64,000 nucleotides of DNA from Octopus sinensis (lineage: Eukaryota), in the NCBI RefSeq assembly GCF_006345805.1, contig NC_043016.1, positions 10,292,001 through 10,356,000 on the forward strand, given 5' to 3'. Position numbers and translations under genes: made by a program. The stretch's first letter is position 1. The number at the start of each line of letters is the position of its first letter. Below the pieces are notes generated by a model. It did no database searches. It was not told the DNA's origin and saw only the letters and a list, made by a program, of their open reading frames with translations. Of this stretch, positions 41,770 to 54,000 are shown in pieces.

Positions 41770-41984
41770 GTACATATATATGTAGAGCAATAAGAAAATG
41801 GAGGGGATCAATAGGTGGTATTCATCAACTTTTAGACATTATATTATGTCTATTTATTTATTTACTAAAAGACAATTATAACAATATGCATACATGTATA
41901 ACATATTATGCTTTACATATAAAAATATAAAGATACCAGTAATTACTAAAATATATAACATACAGGAATATAAATTGGGAAAAT

Positions 41985-42108
41985 ATCTTACAGCTGTTTC
42001 AACCAAGAGGTAAAAATACTTCATTGTACCTTTATCCCTCCAGTAGACTGAAGTTATTAGTAGATGAAATTGAGGTACTTGGGTGTTACTCTAGGCTTCA
42101 TCAGAGAT
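41985..42108 (-). ncRNA. Type I hammerhead ribozyme with canonical core and long stem II
   Basis: AUCU-CUGAUGA-AGCCUAGAG...CUCUUGGUU-GAAA-CAGCUGU-A-AGAU. Palindromic stem III (ACAGCUGU), GUA cleavage triplet. Confidence 0.75.
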
Positions 42109-42454
42109 TTTAGAAAGTACATAAGGTTAAGTTATAGATATGAATACACACATGTATACATACAAAAGCACCCACTACACTCCCGGAGTGGTTGGCATTA
42201 GGAAGGACATCCAGCTGTAGAAACTCTGCCAGATCAAGATTGGAGCCTGGTGCAGCCATCTGGTTTGCCAGTCCTCAGTCAAATCGTCCGACCCATGCTA
42301 GCATGGAAAGCGGACATTAAACAACGATGATGATGATACATACTTTTACATATGCATATACATAAATATACATAAATACAAATACCTACTCTCAAATGTA
42401 TGTGCACATGTGCATGTATATGCATACAAATGAATCAAATAAATATTATTATTA

Positions 42455-42935
42455 TTATTGAGTGAGAGAGCAGTTCATGCCATCAAAGTGACACTGTGGT
42501 AAAATATACGAAGCCCAGTATACCCATCATGACTACCCGTCTGATAAGGGTACACCAGGCACATGCATCACAACCATACGTGCGTGACATGGTGATCTCA
42601 TATCAAGATAAACAGCACATGACTATGCAGGTGGGGCCCAATTAGAATTTTCTTCTGGTCAAGTAGCCCATCCCGCCCAAAAGGTCCCTGAATAAGGGTT
42701 GTTTAAGGATGTTGAACAAAACACCCAATGTTTCCAGAGGTGAATTATTCAAACCCCAAAGAATCCCTCTCAACACATGGCTATGATGCTCCCCAATTAC
42801 TTCCGCTCCAGATCAGAGATGCACATATCGTCAGCCACCAAGGGACATGCTCAACTGGTTAAGGTCAAACAACTGACAAGCAAATCTGTGGTATTGATCA
42901 GAATATTTGTTGTAGCCCATCTTTTATACCAAGAC
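42455..42935 (-). mobile_element. Retroposon family D with (AAT)n tail; second copy at 6075-6470
   Basis: CATGCCATCAAAGTGA...CAGCCAC.AAGGGACATG.TCAACTGGTTAAGGTCAAACAACTGACAAG is shared between the two loci. Confidence 0.75.
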
Positions 42936-42941
42936 AAAACA

Positions 42942-43032
<91 letters not shown>

Positions 43033-43326
43033 GATGCATCATATTATTCATATTAGATAAAATATAAACAGAGATATGAGAAAGTTATTAGAAGAGGAGT
43101 AATATTGTAATTTATAAAATCAATATATCTTAAGATTATTTTAGTTATGTAAGAATGAAACTGTATATACATGAGGAACACACATATATATACACACATA
43201 CATACATACATACATACATATTCCTCTTTTTTTACCACTTCCGTCTTTTTAGTATGTGACCTCGTGAAGACTACCTGCAATTTTTTTTCCTCTGTCCTCC
43301 CGTCTCGGGATCTTTCTTTCTCCTAT

Positions 43327-43361
43327 GTTTCCGACGAAGAGCTCCGCTCGAAACGTCATAC
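43327..43361 (+). ncRNA. Minimal hammerhead-like fold, U4C core, sense to the PC2 pre-mRNA
   Basis: GUUU-CCGACGA-A-GAGC[UCC]GCUC-GAAA-CGU-C-AUAC. ACGU palindromic stem III, GUC triplet, one stem I mismatch. Confidence 0.6.
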
Positions 43362-43472
43362 CCTCCTTCTTCCATTTTCCTGAGCGCCTAATAATAATAA
43401 TACTGTAATTGTTCCACGTGTTGTTTTTTCTGTTTTCCCGTTTGGATTAACCTACATACATATATATATATA

Positions 43473-43506
<34 letters not shown>

Positions 43507-44746
43507 GTATATATTTCTGCACAAACATATCCATGGGTACATACATATTAGATATGTTTAGAAGGGAGGATTAATGCAGTAGTTCGTATCATTATAATTA
43601 TGTGCAGATATACAAATATGCACATATATAGGCGCAGGCATAGCTCTGTGGTAAGAAGCTTGCATCCCAACCATATAGTTCTGGGTTCAATCCCACTGTG
43701 TCAAACTTGGACAAGTGTCTTCTATTATAGACTTGGGCTGACTAAACCCTTGCTCGTCATACATATACATATATATATGTATATATATATATTTATGTAT
43801 GTGTGTGCCTTTGTGTCTGTGTTTGTTCTCTTCACTTTTGCTTGACAACCTATGTTGGTGTGTTTATGTCCTATAACTTAAGAGTTCAGCAAAAGAGACA
43901 GATAGAACAAGTACTAGGCTTACAAAGAATAAGTGCTGGGGTCGATTTGTTTGACTAAAGGCAGTGCTCCAGCATGGCCACAGTCAAATAAATGACTGAC
44001 ACGAGGAAAAGAGTAAAATATTATATGTATACCATATGTGTATCATAGGCACAGGAGCAGCTGTGTGGTAAGTAGCTTGCTTACCAACCATATGGTTCCG
44101 GGTTCAGTCCCATTGCTTGGTACTTTGGGTAAGTGTCTTCTACTATAGCCTCAGGCCGACCAAAGCCTTGTGAGTGGATTTGGTAGATGGAAACTGAAAG
44201 AAGCCTGCTGTATATGTATATATATGTGTGTGTGTTTGTGTGTCTGTGCTTGTCCCCCCCCCCACAACATCGCTTGACAACCAATGCTGGTGTGTTTACA
44301 TCCCTGTAACTTAGCGGTTCAACAAAAGAGACAGATAGAATTCTTACAAAGAATAAGTCCTGACTAAAGGCGGTGCTCCAGCATGGCCACAGTCAAATAA
44401 ATGACTGAGGCAAGGAAAAGAGTAGAAGAATATATGTATACACGTATTGACAAATTAAAGTTCTGGGCTGGCATGAGCGCTTGAGTTGATACGGCTGATC
44501 AACCAATGGAAACTCTTGAAGACAAGGCCTGAGCACAGCAGTATTCTAATGACTATAATAACTAGGAGAAAAAAAGTTGGAAGAATATGTTTATGAGATA
44601 TAAATTGACCAACTGACAGACAAACAGACAAGGAAAGAAAGCGCTTCACATGTACGTGTACAAACATGCACATGTATTTCTTTGTCCATTCATTTCATAT
44701 CTTCCATCTTCCATCTGTCCCATTAATCAAATATATATTTATGTAA

Positions 44747-44778
<32 letters not shown>

Positions 44779-44999
44779 ATATATTATATATATATACCTA
44801 TGTATATATATTTAACTTTTTGTTTAATAATTACTGCTCTATTCCTTAAGTGTGCTTCTTCCTGATATATGTTTTAATGACTGTGTGTTTATATATATAT
44901 ACCGTTCAAGAATTCCTTATATATAAATGTATATTCATGTATATATATATATATATTTATATATACACATATATATATAGGACTTGTCCCAAACTTTGG

Positions 45000-45386
45000 C
45001 GTTGAGAGTTACACAAATACTAGAACTGGGTGCCACTGCATAGTGCCAAGGACTCCAAATTTTCCATCAAGATGTAGGATAAGATACTGTGATAGCCTGG
45101 GCTTCAGAGGCCCACAGCTCTTCAATATCCTCCCGAAGAACCTAAGAGACCTGCATGGGGTGGATGCAGATGTGTTTAAAATAAAACTGGATCTCTTTCT
45201 GTCAGGTGTCCCAGATGAACCAACTTCACGGCAGGAGGTGCAGATGAGGGCAGCTGCATCGAACTCTCTCATGCACCAAATGGCAATTGCTAAAAAGCAT
45301 TCGTGAAGTAAAATCATGTAGCAACACTGAATGGCGGTGCCCCAGCTTGGCCACAGCTCGTGAGCTGAAACAAAATAAAAGATAAA
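45000..45386 (+). mobile_element. 3' end of a CR1/L2-group LINE
   Basis: SLGFRGPQLFNILPKNLRDL...FKIKLDLFLSGVPDEP...AASNSL is a typical ORF2 C-terminus, followed by a short 3' UTR. Confidence 0.75.
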
Positions 45387-45593
45387 TACATATATATATA
45401 TGCGTGTCTGTGTATATATACATATATATAGGTACAGGAGTAGCTGTGTGATAAGTATCTTGGTTACCAACCACAGGGTTCTGAGTTCAATCCCACTGTG
45501 TGGCACCTTGGGCAAGTGTCTTCTTCTATAGCCTCGGGCCGACCAAAGCCTTGTGAGTGGATTTGGTAGACAGAAACTCGAAGAAGCCTGTCG

Positions 45594-45646
<53 letters not shown>

Positions 45647-48260
45647 GGTGGCACGTAAAAAGGACCATCCGAATCGTGGCCGAAGCCAGTGCCGCCTTGT
45701 ACTGGCTTCCGTGTCGGTGGCACGTAAAAAGCACCATCCGAATCATGGCCGAAGCCAGTGCCGCCTTGTACTGGCTTCCGTGTCGGTGGCACGTAAAAAG
45801 CACCATCCGAATCGTGGCCGAAGCCAGTGCCGCCTTGTACTGGCTTCGGTGTCGGTGGCACGTAAAAAGCACCATCCGAATCGTGGCCGAAGCCAGTGCC
45901 GCCTTGTACTGGCTTCCGTGTCGGTGGCACGTAAAAAGGACCATCCGAATCGTGGCTGAAGCCAGTGCCGCCTTGTACTGGCTTCCGTGTCGGTGGCACG
46001 TAAAAAGGACCATCCGAATCGTGGCCGAAGCCAGTGCCGCCTTGTACTGGCTTCCGTGTCGGTGGCACGTAAAAAGCACCATCCGAATCGTGGCCGAAGC
46101 CAGTGCCGCCTTGTACTGGCTTCCGTGTCGGTGGCACGTAAAAAGCACCATCCGAATCGTGGCCGAAGCCAGTGCCGCCTTGTACTGGCTTCCGTGTCGG
46201 TGGCACGTAAAAAGCACCATCCGAAGCCAGTGCCGCCTTGTACTGGCTTCCGTGCAGGTGGCACGTAAAATGCACCATCCGAATCGTGGCTGAAGCCAGT
46301 GCCGCCTTGTACTGGCTTCCGTGTCGGTGGCACGTAAAAATGACCATCCGAATCGTGGATGAAGCCAGTGCCGCCTTGTACTGGCTTCCGTGTCGGTGGC
46401 ACATAAAAAGCACCATCCGAATCGTGGCCGAAGCCAGTGCCGCCTTGTACTGGCTTCCGTGTCGGTGGCACGTAAAAAGGACCATCCGAATCGTGGATGA
46501 AGCCAGTGCCGCCTTGTACTGGCTTCCGTGTCGGTGGCACGTAAAAAGCACCATCCGAATCGTGGCCGAAGCCAGTGCCGCCTTGTACTGGCTTCCGTGT
46601 CGGTGGCACGTAAAAAGCACCATTCGAATCGTGGCCGAAGCCAGTGCCGCCTTGTACTGGCTTCCGTGTCGGTGGCACGTAAAAAGCACCATCCGAATCG
46701 TGCCGAAGCCAGTGCCGCCTGTGTCTGGCTTCCGTGCAGGTGGCACGTAAAATGCACCATCCGAATCGTGGCTGAAGCCAGTGGCCGCCTTGTACTGGCT
46801 TCCGTGTCGGTGGCACGTAAAAAGGACCATCCGAATCGTGCTGAAGCCAGTGCTGCCTTGTACTGGCTTCCGTGTCGGTGGCACGTAAAAAGCACCATCC
46901 GAATCGTTGCCAAAGCCAGTGCCGCCTTGTACTGGCTTCCGTGTCGGTGGCACGTAAAAAGCACCATCTGAATCGTGGCCGAAGCCAGTGCCGCCTTGTA
47001 CTGGCTTCCGTGTCGGTGGCACGTAAAAAGCACCATCCGAATCGTGGCCGAAGCCAGTGCCGCCTTGTATTGGCTTCCGTGTCGGTGGCACGTAAAAAGG
47101 ACCATCCGAATCGTGGCTGAAGCCAGTGCCGCCTTGTACTGGCTTCCGTGTCGGTGGCACGTAAAAAGCACCATCCGAATCGTGGCCGAAGCCAGTGCCG
47201 CCTTGTACTGGCTTCCGTGTCGGTGGCACGTAAAAAGCACCATCCGAATCGTGGCCGAAGCCAGTGCCAGCCTTGTACTGGCTTCCGTGTCGGTGGCACG
47301 TAAAAAGCACCATCCGAATCGTGGCCGAAGCCAGTGCCGCCTTGTACTGGCTTCCGTGTCGGTGGCACGTAAAAAGGACCATCCGAATCGTGGCTGAAGC
47401 CAGTGCCGGTTGCCTACTGGCTTCCGTGTCGGTGGCACGTAAAAAGAACCATCCGAATCGTGGCCGAAGCCAGTGCCGCTTGTACTGGCTTCCGTGTCGG
47501 TGGCACGTAAAAAGCACCATCCGAATCGTGGCCGAAGCCAGTGCCGCCTCGACTGGCTTCCGTGTCGGTGGCACATAAAAAGGACCATCCGAATCGTGGC
47601 CGAAGCCAGTGCCACCTCGACTGGCTTCCGTGTCGGTGGCACGTAAAAAGGACCATCCGAATCGTGGCCGAAGCCAGTGCCGCCTCGACTGGCTTCCGTG
47701 TCGGTGGCACGTAAAAAGCACCATCCGAATCGTGGCCGAAGCCAGTGCCGCCTTGTACTGGCTTCCGTGTCGGTGGCACGTAAAAAGCACCATCCGAATC
47801 GTGGCCGACGCCAGTGCCGCCTTGTACTGGCTTCCGTGTCGGTGGCACGTAAAAAGCACCATCCGAATCGTGGCCGAAGCCAGTGCCGCCTTGACTGGCT
47901 TCCGTGTCGGTGGCACGTAAAAAGGACCATCCGAATCGTGGCCGAAGCCAGTGCCGCCTTGTACTGGCTTCCGTGCAGGTGGCACGTAAAATGCACCATC
48001 CGAATCGTGGCTGAAGCCAGTGCCGCCTTGTACTGGCTTCCGTGTCGGTGGCACGTAAAAAGGACCATCCGAATCGTGGCCGAAGCCAGTGCCGCCTTGT
48101 ACTGGCTTCCGTGTCGGTGGCACGTAAAAAGGACCATCCGAATCGTGGCCGAAGCCAGTGCCGCCTTGTACTGGCTTCCGTGTCGGTGGCACGTAAAAAG
48201 CACCATCCGAATCGTGGTTGAAGCCAGTGCCGCCTCGACTGGCTTCTGTGCCGGTGGCAC
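45647..48260 (+). repeat. Tandem array, ~38 copies of a 69-bp unit (expanded VNTR of a retroposon)
   Basis: Unit GGTGGCACGTAAAAAGCACCATCCGAATCGTGGCCGAAGCCAGTGCCGCCTTGTACTGGCTTCCGTGTC, period 69 (45651 to 45720). It continues into the family tail at 48260-48492. Confidence 0.97.
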
Positions 48261-48492
48261 GTAAAATGCACCAATCCGACCGTGGCCGTTGCCAGCCTCG
48301 CCTGGCACCAGTGCAGGTGGCACGTAAAAAGCACCCACTACACTCACGGAGCAGTTGGTGTTAGGAAGGGCATCCAGCTGTAGAAACACTGCCAGATAAG
48401 ACTGGAGCCTGGTGCAGCCTTCTGGCTTCCCAGATCCCCGGTCGAACCGTCCAACCCATGCTAGCATGGAGAACGGACGTTAAATGATGATG
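48260..48492 (+). mobile_element. 3' part of SINE-like family C (RTE-type tail ending in (GAT)n)
   Basis: GTTGGTGTTAGGAAGGGCATCCAGCTGTAGAAAC...CCGTCCAACCCATGCTAGCATGGA...GACGTTAAATGATGATG. Other copies lie near 18.9-19.25, 22.2, 23.6, 26.6, 27.2, 28.7, 34.4, 36.1, 39.7, 39.9, 40.0, 41.4, 42.2 and 53.4 kb. Confidence 0.85.
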
Positions 48493-48994
48493 ATATATAT
48501 ATATATATGTGTGTGTGTATATGTTTGTGTGTCTGTGTTTGTTCCCCCAACTGATGTTGGTGTTTTCACATCCCCATAACTCAGCAGTTCAGCAAGAGAG
48601 ACCGATAGAATAAATATTAGGTCTGCAACGAATAAGTCCTGGGGGTCGATTTGTCCGACTGAAGTTGGTGCTCCAGCATGGCCTCAGTCAACTGACTGAA
48701 ACAAATAAAACAATAAAAGAATACACACACTTACACACACACACACATGTGCATATGTACACACACACACACACATACACACACGCACACATGCATAAAT
48801 ATAGATGTATATAAAAGCATGGGATTGCACCTAGAAAGTTCCCCTCCGAGGCACAAGTCCAGGCAAGGTTGCTTACATAAGACCAGCAGTCGCCCATGCA
48901 TGCCAGCCTCCGCCTCTCTATGCCACCGATGTTAAGGCAAAGTCAAAGGCTGATACAGCTTGGCACTAAGTGATGCTGCAACTCCTCATCCCTA

Positions 48995-49442
48995 CAGCCG
49001 AGTGAACTGGAGCAACGTCCTATGAGATAAGGAGTGGAAGCTATATTGATGGAGCTAAATATTGTAAAGTGCTTAATCTAGCTTCTTTCTTCTACTGCTA
49101 CTGCTACTAATAATATTCATGATGATGATGATGATGATAATGATAATAATAATGATAGTGATGATAATAATAATGATAGTGATAATAATAATAATAATAG
49201 TGATAATAATAATAATATTAATAATAATATTAATAATAATAATAACAATGCTACAACGACTTCTAATAATAATCATAATAATAATAATAATAATAACAAC
49301 ACTACTACTATTTATAATAATAATAATAACAACCACAACACTACAACGACTTCTAATATAATCATAATAATAATAATAACACTACTACTACTACTTCTAA
49401 TAATAATAATAATAATAATAACAACAACACTACAACGACTTC

Positions 49443-49490
<48 letters not shown>

Positions 49491-49631
49491 CACTACTACT
49501 ATTTATAATAATAATAATAACAACCACAACACTACAACGACTTCTAATAATAATCATAATAATAATAATAACACTACTATTACTACTTCTAATAATAATA
49601 ATAATAACAACAACAACACTACAACGACTTC

Positions 49632-49670
<39 letters not shown>

Positions 49671-49742
49671 CAACAACACTACGACTTCTAATAATAAAAT
49701 AATAATAATAATAATAATAACAACAACATACAACGACTTCTA

Positions 49743-49777
<35 letters not shown>

Positions 49778-49925
49778 TAACAACACTACTACTTTATAAT
49801 AATAATAATAACAACCACAACACTACAACGACTTCTAATAATAATCATATAATAATAATAACACTACTATATACTACTTCTAATAATAATAATAATAACA
49901 ACAACAACACTACAACGACTTCATA

Positions 49926-49961
<36 letters not shown>

Positions 49962-49980
49962 AACAACACACTACGACTTC

Positions 49981-50025
<45 letters not shown>

Positions 50026-50046
50026 CAACAACACTACAACGACTTC

Positions 50047-50085
<39 letters not shown>

Positions 50086-50106
50086 CAACAACACTACAAC
50101 GACTTC

Positions 50107-50145
<39 letters not shown>

Positions 50146-50215
50146 CACACTACAATGACTTCTAATAATAATAATAATGATAATACTTCTAATAATAATA
50201 ATGCTAATAATAATG
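48995..50215. repeat. Compound (AAT)n array punctuated by AACAACACTACAACGACTTCT, with higher-order repetition
   Basis: Directly visible. Confidence 0.9.
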
Positions 50216-50419
50216 GCATTAATAATCCTCACCATTTATTCATTCAGAAACAATTTTTATTTAGCACAGGAATTACCGACTGTTTTCATTTTTTCCCCCA
50301 CAATTCCTAGCGAACATGTTGCTTCTACTTGATTAGCTAATATAAAGGGTAATGCAACTGTTAGTGTTGTCATGGCAACAATGATTTTCTTGCATGTTGT
50401 TTTGTTGTCATTTAGTTGA

Positions 50420-50451
<32 letters not shown>

Positions 50452-50904
50452 CTTTTTTTTTTATGTGTTTGCTTGTTTATTTGTGAGATTTGGTATTTGC
50501 TGCGATATTTCCTGTTAATAATACACTGTTTAAAATGATATTCAAAGTGATTCTGAGTTTAACTTTTTTTCTAAACAAATGCTTCTTGAATAAAAGAAAA
50601 TGTGGAGGATGGAGATATAATTATGTGGAAGACATTTCAACTATTTGTAGCTATATACAGCTGTGTATATATTATAGTTACACATATATTACTATTATAA
50701 TATATATATATATATATATATTTTTTTCCTCTCTCTCTCTCTTTCGGAGAGGCACTGAGCAGCTATACGCACACATACACACACGGCAGTAACTTCCACC
50801 TACCGAATTCAATCACAAAGCTTCGGTCGGCTCGGGGCTTAGCGGAAGACACCTACCCAAAGTGCCACGCAGTGGGACTGAACCCGAAACCATGTAGCTA
50901 GGAA

Positions 50905-50939
<35 letters not shown>

Positions 50940-50944
50940 ATATA

Positions 50945-53388
50945 AAATATTATTCGAGACAAAACCACTATTTTGCAAAACAAACAAGGAAAGACTTAAT
51001 CACTAATACATAAATTTATAAATAGTCAAAAAAACCGCCACTACAATCGTTTCTTGTCTTGATCGACAATCTTCAGGTGGACTTCCAATCTAAAAAATCA
51101 ATATTTTAAAAAATAAAATAATAATTTTAAAATAATTAAAGTATGAATGAAAAAATATAAGTATATAATCCATATATAACCTATCTATAATCCATATATA
51201 ATCAATATATAAACAATATATAAACTAAAAAAAACCTATCAACAATTAAATATAAAATATAAAATATAAAATATAAAATATAAAATATAAAACAAAACAA
51301 AAAAAATAATAATAATATAATATTAAACTATATATACACCCATACGCATATACCTAATTATATATAACCATATCTAACTACATACACTAAATCACACACC
51401 TATATATATATCCCTATACATACACATAAAATGTCTAGGCAACTATAAATAAATAAAATAGCTAAATACTTCAACACAATACTTATTCATACTCCCCCAC
51501 ACACACACATACAACCCACATTCACACTCTAGAAAATGGACATCACTCAAAACTATGAACGGAGAAATAGAATAATGGAATTAAAAATTATATTCACTTG
51601 TAAAACGAACACTACTAAAAATTATGAATGAAACAATGCAATAAAACAACAGACATCGCAATAGAGACACAAATTACTACAAATTCCTTATCAAACCTAC
51701 CATGATAACCAAAACTCATAAAAACATATAATGAATAAAATCTCCCTTTACTAACTCTATAACAAACCTATATAGCAATCCCCCTAACCTAAACATTCAC
51801 ACACAAATACACACACGTAAACTACACACCCACGACATATACAAATACCCACACCTCTTACACATACCATACATACATATAAACCTCAACATATACTCCA
51901 AAACCCACTCAACCCCACACAGACAAATAAACACAAAAATTATGAATGGATTCTTTTATAAAACTACCATGATAAGCTAAAACTCACAAAACAGAAATGA
52001 TAAAACCTCCCTTTACTAAACACTAAAACATACTTATATAGCAATCCTTTAACCAATACATTCACACACAAAACCACTCGTAAACCACACACCCATAACA
52101 AATACAAACTCCCACCCCACTCACACACCCCAAGTACATATAAGCCTCAACATATACACCAAACAAAATTACTTACCAAAGAACTTAACATATATATAAA
52201 AAGTATAACCGCTCTGGAAACGAACATCTCTAAATAATGAATGGAGAAATGGAAGAAATGGAATTAAAAATAAAATTCACGTGGCAAAACGAACACCACT
52301 CAAAAATTATGAATGAAACAATATAATAAAACAACCAACATCGAAAAAAGACAAACTTACTACGAATTCCCTAAAAAAACCATGATAACCAAAACTCTTA
52401 AAAAACATATAACGATAAAATCTCCCTTTGCTAAACTCTATAACAAACCTATATAGTAATCCCCCAAACCTAAACATTCACACACAACACACACGTAAAC
52501 CACAGACCCACGACTTATACACATACCTAAACTAACTTATAAACCTCCATATACACCAAAACCCACTCCCTCCCACACAGACAAATTAACTCATACATCC
52601 CAAACCAAACCTAAATAACAAACCCATATACACATTCACACACAAACACACACACACGCAAAACAAACACACACACACACAGATACATATACTCCCTCAC
52701 ATATACGCATATACATACTCACTAAACTCAATATATACAACAATATTTACACACCCACACTCATACAGATAAATAAATTATACAACTAAAAACTCGCACA
52801 CAATCTCATATACATAAACACTCCTATTAAAACAACATTAAATACATCTTAATTAACCAGAATATCAAAAATAACAATATGACATAAAGGTAAATAAAAT
52901 ACATACTTACAATTCAGTGTCAAATTATGAAGTGAAATTAAATTAAATTCTTAGCCGTTAAAAAATCAAACCAAAATTACGTTACCATAGAAATAACTTA
53001 TGTAAAAAAGACTAACAAACAACTTACAGTAACCCAATCCCATTCTCTATGCCTACCTCACTACTACACTATTCCATTCACAATTCCAAACAACACTAGT
53101 CCACCTCCCGGTTATTCACGTGGCAAAACGAACACCACTCAAAAATTATGAATGAAACAATATAATAAAACAACCAACATCGAAAATAGACAAATTACCA
53201 CGAATTCCCTAAAAAAACCATGAAACCAAAACTCCTAAAAACATATAACGATAAAATCTCCCTTAGCTAAACTCTATAACAAACCTATATAGCAATCTCC
53301 TAACCTAAACATTCACACACAAATACACACTCGTAAACCACAGACCCACGACTTATACACATACCTATACTAACTTATAAACCTCAAT
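50945..53388 (-). mobile_element. Strand-skewed 2.4-kb element with diverged ~320-370-bp internal repeats and a hammerhead near its 3' end; probable PLE derivative
   Basis: The + strand is A/C-rich and very G-poor. AAAAATTATGAATG recurs at 51617, 51935, 52302 and ~53141. Blocks at 52276 and 53115 are nearly identical. Confidence 0.5.
51038..51080 (-). ncRNA. Minimal type I hammerhead ribozyme with canonical core
   Basis: CCAC-CUGAAGA-UUGUC[GAUCAA]GACAA-GAAA-CGAUUGU-A-GUGG, GUA triplet. Confidence 0.75.
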
Positions 53389-53889
53389 GTGACCATGTCT
53401 GGCTATGGGGAAATATGACTGTGCCTGAAAAAAAGGTGAGGTTGGTGACAGGAAGGGCATCCACCTGCAGAAAATCTACCTTAACAAATACCTTCCAACC
53501 CATGCAAGCATAGAAAAATGGACGTTAAAACAATATTGATGATGATGATGATGATGGTGATGATGATGTTCACTCTCTGTTTCTGTTTCTTGCACATTGA
53601 GATGACTTGGCTAAGAATTGATTTTATGGTCAGATTTTACAGCTAGATTCTCTTCTTTTCCACGCCTTACCGTTTTTTTTTTTGATATGGCATTTCTTTT
53701 TTTTGTTTTTTTTTTTTGATATTATATATGTCTTCAAAAGCAGAGAGCAACTTGTCATCATATCAGTAAAGATTGTCAAATCCAGCATCGCTTTACACAA
53801 TCGATGACAAGTATCAACATTCTCTCTCTCTCACTTTCCCTCCTCTATCACTCTTTCTCTCACACATACACACACATACATAATTTATA

Positions 53890-53960
53890 TGTAAATATGT
53901 GTGTAGTTGTGTGTGTATATATATATATATATATGCATGTGCATGTATGCATGTATATCT

Positions 53961-54000
<40 letters not shown>

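Noticed and set aside
45647-48260. CRISPR-like array of hairpin repeats
   Set aside because: Units are contiguous with no unique spacers, there are no cas genes, and the context is a eukaryotic retroposon.
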